The notes beneath the pieces are model-generated. The model saw only the letters and a list, made by a program, of their open reading frames with translations, had not been told where the DNA came from and ran no database searches. This document shows, in pieces, positions 24,206 to 34,051 of a DNA stretch of 64,000 nucleotides. Made by a program: the position numbers and the translations under genes. This DNA is from a virus (lineage: Duplodnaviria > Caudoviricetes). Positions within the stretch are counted from its first letter, which is position 1. Every line of letters starts with the position of its first letter. The DNA lies in the IMG/VR virus record IMGVR_UViG_3300027212_000010, positions 3,097-67,096 of that record, one strand, 5' to 3'.

Positions 24206-24958
24206 TTAATTTACCTTAATCCATTTCATGTATTTGTTTCTTTCTATTCTTTGTCTTAATTGTTCTTTTGCTTTCCATTCTTCTGGGTCCCACTTTTCTT
24301 TTTCTAAAAGGTATTCTGGGTCTCCATCGTATCTATAATGCCAAAAAGATCTTATGATGTATTTATCTCCCTCTATAACGTTTTTAACCCCATGATAGTA
24401 TGGTGCGCCTGAAGGAAAAATTACCATATCTCCAGCTTTAGCCTTATAATGAATTATCTCTTCACTGGGCTCAATCTTAAACATAACCTCTCCACCCTCA
24501 TAATCATCATTAATATAAAGGTTTGCGGTTACTCCATGCTTAATTCCTGGCATCTTTGATTTTTCTTGTTGATAGTCAGTATGAAATGGCAATATCAGTC
24601 CAGTGTACTTTACTTTCTTTGGAAAATATTTGCAAAGTTGTGGGTCAGATGAATGCCAATTTGGCAGATCAACATTATTTCTTAAAATGTAATCGGCAGT
24701 TGTTTCTTTAAAGATTTTTCCAAAAGCATTGCTGATGTAGGATTTATTTTCATCTATCTCTTTTGTTTTTGTTACAAATTCTTGAGGGTTCCCAGAGTAG
24801 GATTCAGTAATTAAAGTGGTATAGTTTCCAAAGCCACCCCATGGCTTCCATAAATCTTCCTTAACATCAAGAACGGCATTAAAAAAATTAGGCTCTTCGT
24901 TTAAAACTCCATGATATACATCAACCCCTGGATACAATGTTGTAATATTAAAACTCAT
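24206..24958 (-). CDS. 2OG-Fe(II) oxygenase
   Basis: HTD; LYINDDYEGGE; YYHGVK.V.EGDKY. Confidence 0.88.
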   Translation of the reverse strand: MSFNITTLYPGVDVYHGVLNEEPNFFNAVLDVKEDLWKPWGGFGNYTTLITESYSGNPQEFVTKTKEIDENKSYISNAFGKIFKETTADYILRNNVDLPNWHSSDPQLCKYFPKKVKYTGLILPFHTDYQQEKSKMPGIKHGVTANLYINDDYEGGEVMFKIEPSEEIIHYKAKAGDMVIFPSGAPYYHGVKNVIEGDKYIIRSFWHYRYDGDPEYLLEKEKWDPEEWKAKEQLRQRIERNKYMKWIKVN

Positions 24959-25272
24959 TTTGTTTTACCCCCTGGCTTTCCTTCAAGCTCAACTCTAACA
25001 CCATAAGACTGAAGAATATTTTTTACCATTTCTATATATTCTATAACCCTAACCCTCATTGATCCGTCGTATTGTGCAAAATTATTTTCATACAACCTTA
25101 TTGCTAAAAAGTCAGGATATTTTACAATATCCATTTCAAGATCTGGTGCAGGGGACTTCAACTCTCTTACCTTTAACGCCATCTCTTTATTATAGAACAC
25201 TGGCTTATTTGGTTCTCCAGTCCATTCATTCACGCCATATTTAAAGTGATCTTTATTCTTATCAATAAACAT
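24955..25272 (-). CDS. hypothetical protein
   Basis: ORF track. Confidence 0.7.
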   Translation of the reverse strand: MFIDKNKDHFKYGVNEWTGEPNKPVFYNKEMALKVRELKSPAPDLEMDIVKYPDFLAIRLYENNFAQYDGSMRVRVIEYIEMVKNILQSYGVRVELEGKPGGKTK

Positions 25273-25573
25273 GCTTTTCCTTTATACGCTTCCACACATC
25301 TTTTGTTTTATGTGCGTTCTTAGACTTATCTAATGATCCTGAGCTTAAGTAAACTCCGCCCCAGATTCCATAGTCACTATTTGCAACACCTTCATCATGG
25401 CAAATTTTAATTACTGGGCAAGACAAGCAAGCCTCATCAATGTTTTTTGCTATGTTTATATCAGACTCATATTTATCAAAAAATAAATTAGTGTCCATCC
25501 CCTTGCATAGGGCAAGGTCATACCACTTTACATCTTCTTTATCTATACCTAAATCATTTAAAATGTTTGACAT
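25262..25573 (-). CDS. whiB: WhiB-family Fe-S transcription factor
   Basis: W...ALC.G.D..LFF; CLSCPV...C; GIWGG. Confidence 0.9.
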   Translation of the reverse strand: MSNILNDLGIDKEDVKWYDLALCKGMDTNLFFDKYESDINIAKNIDEACLSCPVIKICHDEGVANSDYGIWGGVYLSSGSLDKSKNAHKTKDVWKRIKEKHVY

Positions 25574-25787
25574 ATTTTTTAGACAGCTTCCAGATTCCTT
25601 CTTGGCCTATAGAAAACTTTTCTACTTTGCCCCAAGCATTTTGTCTGTACATTCCATTGATAGATGTATAGCCGCCGTTATCTTTTTTCCATATAACAAG
25701 ATCGTAGTTGTTCCAAAACGATTCCTGTGTTTTTGATTGAGATCTTTTGATAAAAATCTCAACGCCTTTCTCCGTTAAATACAACAA
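25554..25787 (-). CDS. hypothetical protein
   Basis: ORF track. Confidence 0.65.
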   Translation of the reverse strand: MLYLTEKGVEIFIKRSQSKTQESFWNNYDLVIWKKDNGGYTSINGMYRQNAWGKVEKFSIGQEGIWKLSKKYVKHFK

Positions 25788-25806
25788 ATTACTTTACCTT
25801 TTCTAG

Positions 25807-25888
25807 TACCCGAAGTCGGACTTGAACCGACATGCTATGAAGCAACAAATTTTAAGTCTGTCGTGTATACCGATTCCACCATTCGGGC
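25807..25888 (-). tRNA. tRNA-Leu(TAA)
   Basis: GCCCGAA/TTCGGGT acceptor, loop CTTAAAA, long variable arm, TTCAAGT T-loop. Confidence 0.9.
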
Positions 25889-25893
25889 ATATG

Positions 25894-25966
25894 CTGGTCC
25901 ACCAGGTCTCGATCCTGGGACATCCAAATTAACAGTTTGGCGCTCTACCAACTGAGCTATGGACCA
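25894..25966 (-). tRNA. tRNA-Asn(GTT)
   Basis: TGGTCCA/TGGACCA acceptor, loop CTGTTAA. Confidence 0.88.
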
Positions 25967-26184
25967 ATATGCACAAAACCACTGTACTAGATAATTATAC
26001 CTTGTGTGCAGTGGCCGTGTCAATGATTGATTTGTGATATTTTTACGACATTAATCTTTTTAATTTCGTCATCTATGTTAAATATATCATGAATGTATTC
26101 GTTTGCATCTTCGGTGTTAAAGGCCTCTACTTCTACCTCTATATCCAATTTAATACGATATTTATTCATAATACAATTATAGCA

Positions 26185-26475
26185 TTATTTAGAAGCTTTT
26201 TTATCTACTGCTAAGAAGGCAGCATTTATTTCTGCTACCGTCAATTTACCGTCGTCTAGGAAACCTCGTGCAAGCCTTTCAACTACGGTGGCAACGCCAA
26301 GAGTACCTGCTAATATAACTGCTTTGTATGTTTCAATTCCTACTATTGCTCCTGCTCCAATTACAGATAATCCAGATGCAGCAAATACTGCAATTATTCG
26401 CATTACAATATTATTAATGTTTGCAATTGCTCCTGAACCTACCTGTGTTGGCTCTTCAATATATGCCTTTGCCAT
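26185..26475 (-). CDS. membrane protein (holin candidate)
   Basis: Two TM helices, C-terminal DDGKLT.AEI. Confidence 0.55.
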   Translation of the reverse strand: MAKAYIEEPTQVGSGAIANINNIVMRIIAVFAASGLSVIGAGAIVGIETYKAVILAGTLGVATVVERLARGFLDDGKLTVAEINAAFLAVDKKASK

Positions 26476-26650
26476 TATTCTTCATCCCATTCTTTATTTC
26501 TAATTGGGTATGTAATTCCCCATGCAATTAATGTACCTACAATTGCATAACCTACTACTGTTTTTGCAGAACCATCAAGGACTACCCAGGCAATAAACAT
26601 ACCTAGAAGTGTCCAAAGTTGATCTATCATATCTTTGATTATTTTCTTTA

Positions 26651-28810
26651 TCATGGTCTTCTTCTCCTTATTCCCTTGGAATCGCCAGAGGCTCCTCCAC
26701 CACCTGATCCTCCAGAACTACTGCCCGTGGACCCTCCAGTGGTTCCTGTAGCGGCACCTACGGCATTTAATGCCGCACCTGTTGCTACAACTGTTGCTAC
26801 AACCATCTCAGTTGCTTCTTTTCTTTCTTCATCAGTCATGTCAGCACCTATGCTTCCAATAGCAGCAAGTGCTGCTTGTGGATCTGTAAATATTGCCTCT
26901 ACCAATGCTCCTGGATCTGTAACTAATTCAATATTTGCTGCTACCTCGGCAGTAATAATTAATACTTCGCCAGACTCTGATGTTCTAACTTCAATTGGAG
27001 TATCTGGTGGCAAATCTTTAAGTTCAACTCCAGCTGCTACAACTTCTGCTACTGAAATTGATTCTCCTGGGGCCAGGGTTTCTATTAATGCTGCTACTAC
27101 AATATCCTTTTGCTCTTCAGTTAATTCTTCCCCAGACTCTACGGCTTTCTTTATTTCTTCAACAACCTTTTCTTCTTCTTCTTTAATTGCCGCTAACTCT
27201 TCTGCAATTTCCGCTTCTTCTTCTGCTATGGCTGCTTCTTTTTCTGCTAGAGCATTTGCTATTTCTTGCTCCATAGCCTCTTGCTCTGCAGCAGCTCTTT
27301 CTTCTTCTGCTTTAGCATTTGCTTCTTCTTGTGCTTTTGCTTCTTCTTGTGCAATACGATCTGCCTCTGCTTGGGCTGCTGCTTCACGCTCTGCCTCTAG
27401 TGCTGCTAGTTCTGCTGCTATACGATCAGCCTCAGCATTTGCATCTATCTCTGCTTGAATCCTTGCTGCTTCTTCAGCCATTGCTGCTTCTTCTGCTGCA
27501 ACTTTAGCAGCGAGTTCTGCTGCTATTCTGTTTGCTTCTGCATTTGCAGCAGCGAGTTCTGCAAGCCTGTTTGCTTCCGCCTGTGCTGCTGCTGCTTGTT
27601 GTGCAATTAATGCTGCTGCTTCTGCTTGTATTCTTGCTGCTTCTGCTTGTTGTGCAGATAACTGGGCTGCTACCTGTGCTGCAATTTCTGCTTCAGTTGG
27701 TCCAGTTGGCGCAGTTGATATTGGCTCTGGTGCTGGTGTTTGTGTTGCAACAGGCGTAGGTGAAGGCTCTGGTGTTGGCGTAGGTGAAGGCTCTGGCGTT
27801 GGCGTAGGTGAAGGCTCTGGTGCTGGTGTAGGTGAAGGCTCTGGCGTTGGCGTAGGTGAAGGCTCTGGTGTTGGCGTAGGTGAAGGCTCTGGTGCTGGTG
27901 TAGGTGAAGGCTCTGGCGTTGGTGTAGGTGTTGGTGTAGGTGCTACATATGTAGACCCAGTAACAACATTTGAATTTGCAGAGTAAAGGGCAAATGTGTC
28001 GTTATCTGATCTAATATGAAATGACCATACTGTTCCTGCAGGACGAAGGCTGTCTAACAGGGAGTGATCAATTGTAATTGTTGTGTTTAAAGAATTTGGT
28101 CCGCCAACATTTCCAGTTGCAATTCCCCAGCCATTGCACCCAGAGCAATTAAAACTTATAGCATATCTTTCTGGCTGTGTGTTACCAGTATCTGGTGCTT
28201 GCCAGGATAGTACGGTTGATGTTTCATTGCTAGATATAGTTAAATTTCTTGGGGCTCCAATGGTTTTAATAACTGTTGGCGTGACAGATAAAGAGGCATT
28301 AGTAAATATAGTTCCGTAGCATCCAGCCCAGCCTATTCCGTCTGTTCCGCTTATTGTTATTGTTACATTTTCATTTGGAGATGTGGTTGTTACTGTTAGC
28401 GTTTTATTAATTCCACTAGTAGAATAGTTGCCGCCTGTTGAATTATTTTGATTAGAGTCTTGAAGTCTAATTGTTGCTTGTGCTCCAGGAACATCTGATC
28501 TGTTCCGAGCATTTACTGTAAATACTACAGATGAAGGTTGAGATATTACTACTACTTGTGTGACTGGCCTGTCTGTGCCGTATGACATAACTAAAGCATT
28601 TTCTTGCCAAACTCCAAGGCTTGGTCCAGCATCGGCGCAGGCATCATTACTATTTACAGCCCCAGTAATATTTGCTCCAGACCACCCTCCGCCAGTTGAC
28701 GAGAAAGATCCGTTTATTAGTGTGTCTGCAGCATTAGCTTGGGAGGGACCAGCAAAAAGCCAACCTACTGAGAGTAGGAAGGCTGTAAATATTCTTAATT
28801 TCTTAGTCAA
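26651..28810 (-). CDS. large secreted/anchored protein: Fn3-like domain, Pro-Thr linker, Ala/Glu coiled coil
   Basis: Signal peptide; APRNL...LSWQAP...Y (Fn3); (TPEPSPTP)n; hydrophobic C-terminal segment followed by GIRRRRP. Confidence 0.75.
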   Translation of the reverse strand: MTKKLRIFTAFLLSVGWLFAGPSQANAADTLINGSFSSTGGGWSGANITGAVNSNDACADAGPSLGVWQENALVMSYGTDRPVTQVVVISQPSSVVFTVNARNRSDVPGAQATIRLQDSNQNNSTGGNYSTSGINKTLTVTTTSPNENVTITISGTDGIGWAGCYGTIFTNASLSVTPTVIKTIGAPRNLTISSNETSTVLSWQAPDTGNTQPERYAISFNCSGCNGWGIATGNVGGPNSLNTTITIDHSLLDSLRPAGTVWSFHIRSDNDTFALYSANSNVVTGSTYVAPTPTPTPTPEPSPTPAPEPSPTPTPEPSPTPTPEPSPTPAPEPSPTPTPEPSPTPTPEPSPTPVATQTPAPEPISTAPTGPTEAEIAAQVAAQLSAQQAEAARIQAEAAALIAQQAAAAQAEANRLAELAAANAEANRIAAELAAKVAAEEAAMAEEAARIQAEIDANAEADRIAAELAALEAEREAAAQAEADRIAQEEAKAQEEANAKAEEERAAAEQEAMEQEIANALAEKEAAIAEEEAEIAEELAAIKEEEEKVVEEIKKAVESGEELTEEQKDIVVAALIETLAPGESISVAEVVAAGVELKDLPPDTPIEVRTSESGEVLIITAEVAANIELVTDPGALVEAIFTDPQAALAAIGSIGADMTDEERKEATEMVVATVVATGAALNAVGAATGTTGGSTGSSSGGSGGGGASGDSKGIRRRRP
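27753..27920. repeat. 7 x 24-bp tandem repeat encoding the Pro/Thr linker
   Basis: Unit GGCGTAGGTGAAGGCTCTGGTGTT with minor variants. Confidence 0.92.
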
Positions 28811-28877
28811 CTAAGGAACCCCCAGGTAATGCAATATTTTTGCTTACCTGTTAATTATAGCAGAATGTTAATTTAAA

Positions 28878-29066
28878 CTACTTAGGATTATCTGTTTTAT
28901 AAAAGCCGTTACCTTTAAACTGTATTCCAAACGGAGTAAAAAATCTTGTCATTGATGACTCACATTCAACGCATGTATATCCTGGATCTTCATCTGAAAT
29001 AGATCTGTGTACCGACATTAATGCGTGTGCATCATCGTATGAGCACTTGTATTCGTATACTGGCAT
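28878..29066 (-). CDS. FmdB-family Zn-ribbon regulator
   Basis: MPVYEYKC...CVEC...FKGNGFYKTD. Confidence 0.88.
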   Translation of the reverse strand: MPVYEYKCSYDDAHALMSVHRSISDEDPGYTCVECESSMTRFFTPFGIQFKGNGFYKTDNPK

Positions 29067-29122
29067 AACCGTCCCTAAAGTGCCTACTAGTAAAAGGCAC
29101 TAGTATATTGTACAATAGAAGT

Positions 29123-29710
29123 ATGGAAAAAGTCAATGTAGATAAATATGTAATAATGATAAAAGATATTGTAAGCCAAGAAGAGGCCGACGTGCTTTTG
29201 GATATTGCAAAAAATGCTTCTGTTGATGAGTGGGATGCGTATAGAAAAAGCCTAGGCGATGATGCCAAATTAGTAAATGCTGCTTACGGAGACTGGACCA
29301 AGCAAATGCTTTGGCTTGAGCTTAACCCACATTTATTAGAAAAAGCAAAAATGATAATAGATAAAATTCATAGCCGTTGTATATATTTAATAAATGATCA
29401 CTATCAAACCGACTACGTATTAGACCCCCTATACAATATATATAAGTTTAGAGATGGGGATTTTATGAAAGAGCATCACGATTCGGGGCTATCCCCTGAT
29501 ATTAAACTTGGTATTGTTTTATATCTTAACGATGACTTCGATGGCGGAGAGCTTTATTATCCTAAAGCAGGTTTAGAGATTAAACCAATTGCAAAATCTA
29601 TTGTAGTTCACCCCGCTGGAATGATGTACAGGCACGGTGTAAAAGAAGTAAAAAATGGTGAAAGGTTTAGTTTAGCTGGATTTGCTAGACTTAATTATTC
29701 CCAAAAATAA
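29123..29710 (+). CDS. 2OG-Fe(II) oxygenase (inverted, leaderless)
   Basis: HHD; LYLNDDFDGGE; HGVKEV..GERF; ATG 12 nt after TACAAT 29111. Confidence 0.88.
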   Translation: MEKVNVDKYVIMIKDIVSQEEADVLLDIAKNASVDEWDAYRKSLGDDAKLVNAAYGDWTKQMLWLELNPHLLEKAKMIIDKIHSRCIYLINDHYQTDYVLDPLYNIYKFRDGDFMKEHHDSGLSPDIKLGIVLYLNDDFDGGELYYPKAGLEIKPIAKSIVVHPAGMMYRHGVKEVKNGERFSLAGFARLNYSQK

Positions 29711-30357
29711 TTCTCTGGCATAACAAAAGGTCTTTTAGAGTGTGTGCCTTTTTCGTTTGCGGCCTGTGGTCTGTGTATACTATCTTTAAATTGATAAGAC
29801 AATACTATTCCAGCTCTAGGGCTAATATGATTTACAGCATGCTGTACGCCAGTAGGAACTACTATGACATCTCCTGGCTCCATGTTATATACAAATGATG
29901 GCTCAGTATCTTCTGAATTAATTCTTGTTTCCCAAACCGTAGGTCCTTGACATTGCCAATGTACATTTACCCAATCATCTGCGTGTGATGGAACATTTGG
30001 CTCATTTGAATTAAAATTAATAAATGAAGTTCCGCCCCAGGCATTTTCTTCATATATGATATCAAATAAATTCTTAAGCTCAAGTATCTCTGGGAAAAAA
30101 TTTCTAGATTTTCCTGGCTCATTGATAACATCTCTTACTTGATAGTAAAAGTTATGCTTTTGTAACACACCGTTTAATATCTTATATTCTGGCGCAGTGT
30201 TCATTGCCTTTATTGCTGGGCCTTTATTTACTTGATAATTAAAATGATTTAAAAATTGATCCCAAGATGGGGTAACAGGTATTAAATTTTTAAAAAATGC
30301 AGGAACGCCATCTTTTGTAGACTGCTCTACTATTGCTTTTACTTCTGTTAGCTTCAT
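29695..30357 (-). CDS. JmjC/cupin-4-like oxygenase
   Basis: HAD...HWQCQG..VW; MEPGDVIVVP.G..H. Confidence 0.8.
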   Translation of the reverse strand: MKLTEVKAIVEQSTKDGVPAFFKNLIPVTPSWDQFLNHFNYQVNKGPAIKAMNTAPEYKILNGVLQKHNFYYQVRDVINEPGKSRNFFPEILELKNLFDIIYEENAWGGTSFINFNSNEPNVPSHADDWVNVHWQCQGPTVWETRINSEDTEPSFVYNMEPGDVIVVPTGVQHAVNHISPRAGIVLSYQFKDSIHRPQAANEKGTHSKRPFVMPENYFWE

Positions 30358-30758
30358 TTCTTTTTAGATCTAGCTTTCGCAAGTGCTTCAAAGTCCTTTA
30401 CCTTGGTATCCCCCAGGTATCCCCAAGCATATCCATCAGCAATCATTTGTTCATTGACTGATACTTTAGATCCATCTAGGAATAGCCATCCAAGGATACG
30501 CCCGTATTTTTCTGATGAGTCCATCTTCTCTGTCTTAATAACAACATCTTTGGCGTCTTTAATCTTAGACTTTACATACTCTTTAGCTTCAAGTCCCAAA
30601 ACCTTTTCGGCTTTATTGGTTGTTCTACTTTCTGGAGTATCAATTCCAGCTAGTCTGACTCTTGAGCTAAATGATATGTCAAAACCTAGATCAATCTCTA
30701 CGTCTATTGTATCTCCGTCTACTACGTTAGTCACTTTCTTAACATGGTATTCGTACAT
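30354..30758 (-). CDS. thermonuclease (SNase family)
   Basis: VVDGDTI; RVRLAGIDTPE; EKYGRILG. Confidence 0.92.
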   Translation of the reverse strand: MYEYHVKKVTNVVDGDTIDVEIDLGFDISFSSRVRLAGIDTPESRTTNKAEKVLGLEAKEYVKSKIKDAKDVVIKTEKMDSSEKYGRILGWLFLDGSKVSVNEQMIADGYAWGYLGDTKVKDFEALAKARSKKK

Positions 30759-31339
30759 TACTTTTTCTTTACTGCCGCCTTCTTTACAGGGGCCGCCTTC
30801 TTTGTTGGTGCAGACTTCTTTACCGCAGCTGCCTTTGGCGCTGGTGCATCCCAGTCTGGACGAGCAACTGACATTACAAGACTATACGCTCTCTTCTTTA
30901 GGAATACGCCGTCTCCGTTTGCTTGTGATCCCTTTGAGCTTCCGCTAGTGTTTCCTTCGTAGCAGTGCAAATTTTTTCCATCATTTTTTACAACAATTCC
31001 AACGTGTTCTGTATCGGTTGGTGTCTTATCAAAGTTAAAGAATACAACATCTCCTGCTTGTGCTTGTCCAATTGGAACAATTCTCTTGTTCTTTGCAAAC
31101 CATTGTGCTCCTGCATCGCATGATGCAAAGCCTTTCTTTGTTGAAGCGGCAACTAGGTGAACTAATCCTGCATCATCAAAGCATCCTGAAACGAACATTG
31201 CACACCAAGGTTGGTGATTCATTCCGTATCTCTTTCCAAAAACTGTATCGTTATTTGGTCCTTCTGCATATCCCTCATCAGCATACTTCTTTGCTGCTGC
31301 TACGACCTTTGCGGCCAGTGGGTGTGTGGTTTGTGCCAT
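30758..31339 (-). CDS. CHAP-domain endolysin/amidase
   Basis: PWCAMFV; HVGIV; EGNT; Lys/Ala/Pro-rich tail. Confidence 0.85.
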   Translation of the reverse strand: MAQTTHPLAAKVVAAAKKYADEGYAEGPNNDTVFGKRYGMNHQPWCAMFVSGCFDDAGLVHLVAASTKKGFASCDAGAQWFAKNKRIVPIGQAQAGDVVFFNFDKTPTDTEHVGIVVKNDGKNLHCYEGNTSGSSKGSQANGDGVFLKKRAYSLVMSVARPDWDAPAPKAAAVKKSAPTKKAAPVKKAAVKKK

Positions 31340-31352
31340 TTTATTTCTCCTA

Positions 31353-32036
31353 TTATCTACTTAGATTATTAACATGTAGTATTGATATATGCTCTACATT
31401 AACATGTTTTGGTACTGTTATTGACCATTTAATTGCATCGGCAACATCTTCTGGAGTTAAAGAATTAATTCCCCCACGATCACCTCTGCTATCAATATTT
31501 CCTGGTGCTATTTCTGTAACTCTTATGTTACTTTGAAATAATTCAAATCTTAAAATTTCGGCAAGGGCTACCTCTGCATGTTTTGCAACAGTATAGCTAC
31601 TTCCTCCACGATATACGTAATGACCCGCCATAGAAGTTATGAGGACAACATTTCCTCCGCCATTGCTAATCATAATTGGAGCAATTTGTTTTGTAAGATT
31701 TACTGCACCAATTACATTTAGGTCAAAAGCTTTTGTCCAGTTTTCAATATCATCATCGAGTATGCTATTTGGAAGATTAAATCCTCCGCCTGCATTGTTT
31801 ACAAGTGCTACTATATTTCTTCCAGCCAAGTTCTGGCAAAAATCATATACCTGATCTGCTTTTGTTATGTCTACTGCATAGACTTCAATATTTTCATTTT
31901 TAATGGTATTAAGCTGATCGATATCTCTAGCAATTCCTATTACATGATATCCGCTTTCAGATAAAAGCTTAGCGGTTGACTTTCCAACACCGTAGGACGC
32001 ACCTGTTACAATAACTATAGGGTTTTCATTTTCCAT
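31353..32036 (-). CDS. short-chain dehydrogenase/reductase (leaderless)
   Basis: TGASYGVG; NNAG; YTVAK. Confidence 0.9.
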   Translation of the reverse strand: MENENPIVIVTGASYGVGKSTAKLLSESGYHVIGIARDIDQLNTIKNENIEVYAVDITKADQVYDFCQNLAGRNIVALVNNAGGGFNLPNSILDDDIENWTKAFDLNVIGAVNLTKQIAPIMISNGGGNVVLITSMAGHYVYRGGSSYTVAKHAEVALAEILRFELFQSNIRVTEIAPGNIDSRGDRGGINSLTPEDVADAIKWSITVPKHVNVEHISILHVNNLSR

Positions 32037-32065
32037 TATTTTAGTATACCATTTCTATTTTTGTG

Positions 32066-32136
32066 CTTTGGGTACAGGAATCGGACCTATATTGTCCGTT
32101 TCGGAAACGGGTGTCCGACCATTAGACGAACCCAAA
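32066..32136 (-). tRNA. atypical tRNA, anticodon CCG (Arg)
   Basis: TTTGGGT/ACCCAAA acceptor; loop TTCCGAA; T-loop TCCGATT; C-A mismatch in anticodon stem. Confidence 0.6.
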
Positions 32137-32170
32137 TTACATTATAAGTATAACATACTGCTAAATAAAA

Positions 32171-32245
32171 TGGTACCCCTGGCTGGGATCGAACCAGCGA
32201 CCTACAGATTAGAAGTCTGTTGCTCTTCCGCTGAGCTACAAAGGT
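32171..32245 (-). tRNA. tRNA-Arg(TCT)
   Basis: ACCTTTG/CAGGGGT acceptor, loop CTTCTAA, CCA encoded. Confidence 0.92.
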
Positions 32246-32268
32246 ATATCATGATTATAGTATTTACT

Positions 32269-33180
32269 TTAAATATTGTCTATAGCAAATAGATCTGAAT
32301 AGTGTGCATGAGCATGTGAACCCATATGCTCTTGAGGATCTGTGCCAACCTTGAAAAATCTTGGGTCTAAATTCTCAATATCTCTATGGCATTCATTGTA
32401 ATTATTATCGTAGTCTGGCTTACTATTTACATAATTTTTAAATCCATAATTATGTTTATCAAAATGAATATTCAATTCGTTATGCCAGCTAGACCATTTA
32501 AAATCTATATCTGTCTGTAAAACATATTGCTCCAGCATTTTTATAGCAATTAAATTTGATCTAAATGGTACCGATGTAGGCATAATTTTTTCAATAGCAA
32601 TAGGCAGCTTTTCATATTTTGCCATAGATCTATCCGCATCTGAAACGGTATTTAAAAACTCTCCTATCTTTCCTTGAGAATTTTGTATAAATGTATTTTC
32701 ATTTGCTGCCTTAATAAACTTAAACCTTAAAAAGTCTGGCAACAAAAGTCTTAGATATTTTGGGTGACCGTACGACTCAAAGTATTTAAATACATCTTCT
32801 ACCATTGCAATTGTGCTGTTTCCTGGGTATGAAAGATTATTGTAAGACATGTTATTGTTTTTGGCTAACAGGTGAGTCCATGTCAACTCCTCTGGGACTC
32901 CGACTCCAAATGATTGGGAGCACCCAGATGTAAGTAGTTCTGATGACCCAAGCTCTGGTCCTCTGTATCCATGAGAATTAACAGAGTAGTCTACCTTTAT
33001 CTTGCCCTTGTATGTAAATTTTTTATAAGGCGCACCTAAGAATAGCTCTTTAACCATATTATTTTCTCTATACTGAGAGGTAATCAAATCTTCATATAGA
33101 TCATTTTCTTGCGCCTCAGATGTCAATATGCCAAAAAAATCTAGCGGGTATTTATCTTTGTCCCAAACTAATCTTTTCAT
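32269..33180 (-). CDS. SGNH-like hypothetical protein
   Basis: VNSHGYRG; GCSQSFGVG; C-terminal HMGSHAH. Confidence 0.55.
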   Translation of the reverse strand: MKRLVWDKDKYPLDFFGILTSEAQENDLYEDLITSQYRENNMVKELFLGAPYKKFTYKGKIKVDYSVNSHGYRGPELGSSELLTSGCSQSFGVGVPEELTWTHLLAKNNNMSYNNLSYPGNSTIAMVEDVFKYFESYGHPKYLRLLLPDFLRFKFIKAANENTFIQNSQGKIGEFLNTVSDADRSMAKYEKLPIAIEKIMPTSVPFRSNLIAIKMLEQYVLQTDIDFKWSSWHNELNIHFDKHNYGFKNYVNSKPDYDNNYNECHRDIENLDPRFFKVGTDPQEHMGSHAHAHYSDLFAIDNI

Positions 33181-33193
33181 TTAATCTCCTATG

Positions 33194-33267
33194 TGTGCCA
33201 GGTAGGACTTGAACCTACGATTACCGAATTATGAGTTCGGGGCTTTAACCAACTAAGCTACTGGCAC
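33194..33267 (-). tRNA. tRNA(CAT): Ile2 or elongator Met
   Basis: GTGCCAG/CTGGCAC acceptor with paired 1:72 (not initiator); loop CTCATAA. Confidence 0.85.
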
Positions 33268-33287
33268 CTAGTTGAATTATACTTTTA

Positions 33288-34049
33288 TTATTTAATATCG
33301 TCAATAGATAGTTCGTTAGCCAAATAGTTTACGATTGGTTCGTAGTATTCTTGTTTCATATGATCATTTAACAATATATTGATTGGCTTTTTTGGCTGCT
33401 TGTATGGCTCTATCATATCGTCACCCAGGATGTTTCTTGTATTTATAGGCTCAGGAAGACCACGCTCTAAGCATTGTTTTTTTAGTTCATCTATAAACAA
33501 CAGATGCTGTTCATGCCTCCGCTCAAATTCAATATCTGGATCACTTCTATTTTCTACCCATCCATTTGTAATAAAACAAATAAATTGAGGCAATGGCTCC
33601 ATGAATACAACTTCACATTTATTAAATTTCTTTAACACATTATCAATGTATTTCGAAACAACTTCTTTTGCTCCAAGGTAGCCTGGCAAATCTGTCTGTG
33701 GGAGCCAGTTTCTTATGTCTATGTAGCCTAGCCATGGGACAACTATCCTGCCTGCCTCATTCCATTCATCTAGCTGTCTCTTTTGTGTACCGCTTGCAAA
33801 ATTTTCAAAATCAAAGTTTAGCGCAGACCTCCCTGGATGTGATGACATCCATAGCTGGAGGCCTTTATCTTCATGAGTTTTTAAATAATCTTTTAGCCAT
33901 ATGTCCCTACCATCTTCAACAATATGAGTCACATAATTTTGTTCTGAATATTGATAGTCTAGCTTTCTATTTTGTAGAAAAAAAATATCAGGAACACAGT
34001 TTCCTATTTTAGATGTATGAGAGTCTCCTATTACTAATATCTTTTTCAT
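33288..34049 (-). CDS. SGNH-like hypothetical protein
   Basis: ILVIGDSH; C-terminal NDH. Confidence 0.5.
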   Translation of the reverse strand: MKKILVIGDSHTSKIGNCVPDIFFLQNRKLDYQYSEQNYVTHIVEDGRDIWLKDYLKTHEDKGLQLWMSSHPGRSALNFDFENFASGTQKRQLDEWNEAGRIVVPWLGYIDIRNWLPQTDLPGYLGAKEVVSKYIDNVLKKFNKCEVVFMEPLPQFICFITNGWVENRSDPDIEFERRHEQHLLFIDELKKQCLERGLPEPINTRNILGDDMIEPYKQPKKPINILLNDHMKQEYYEPIVNYLANELSIDDIK

Positions 34050-34051
34050 AT

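Noticed and set aside
26619-27458. Long + strand ORF (279 aa)
   Set aside because: Antisense shadow of the Ala/Glu coiled-coil region of 26651-28810.
27753-27920. 24-bp tandem repeat as a DGR or phase-variation locus
   Set aside because: In-frame Pro/Thr linker; no reverse transcriptase or adenine-specific TR/VR pair in the window.
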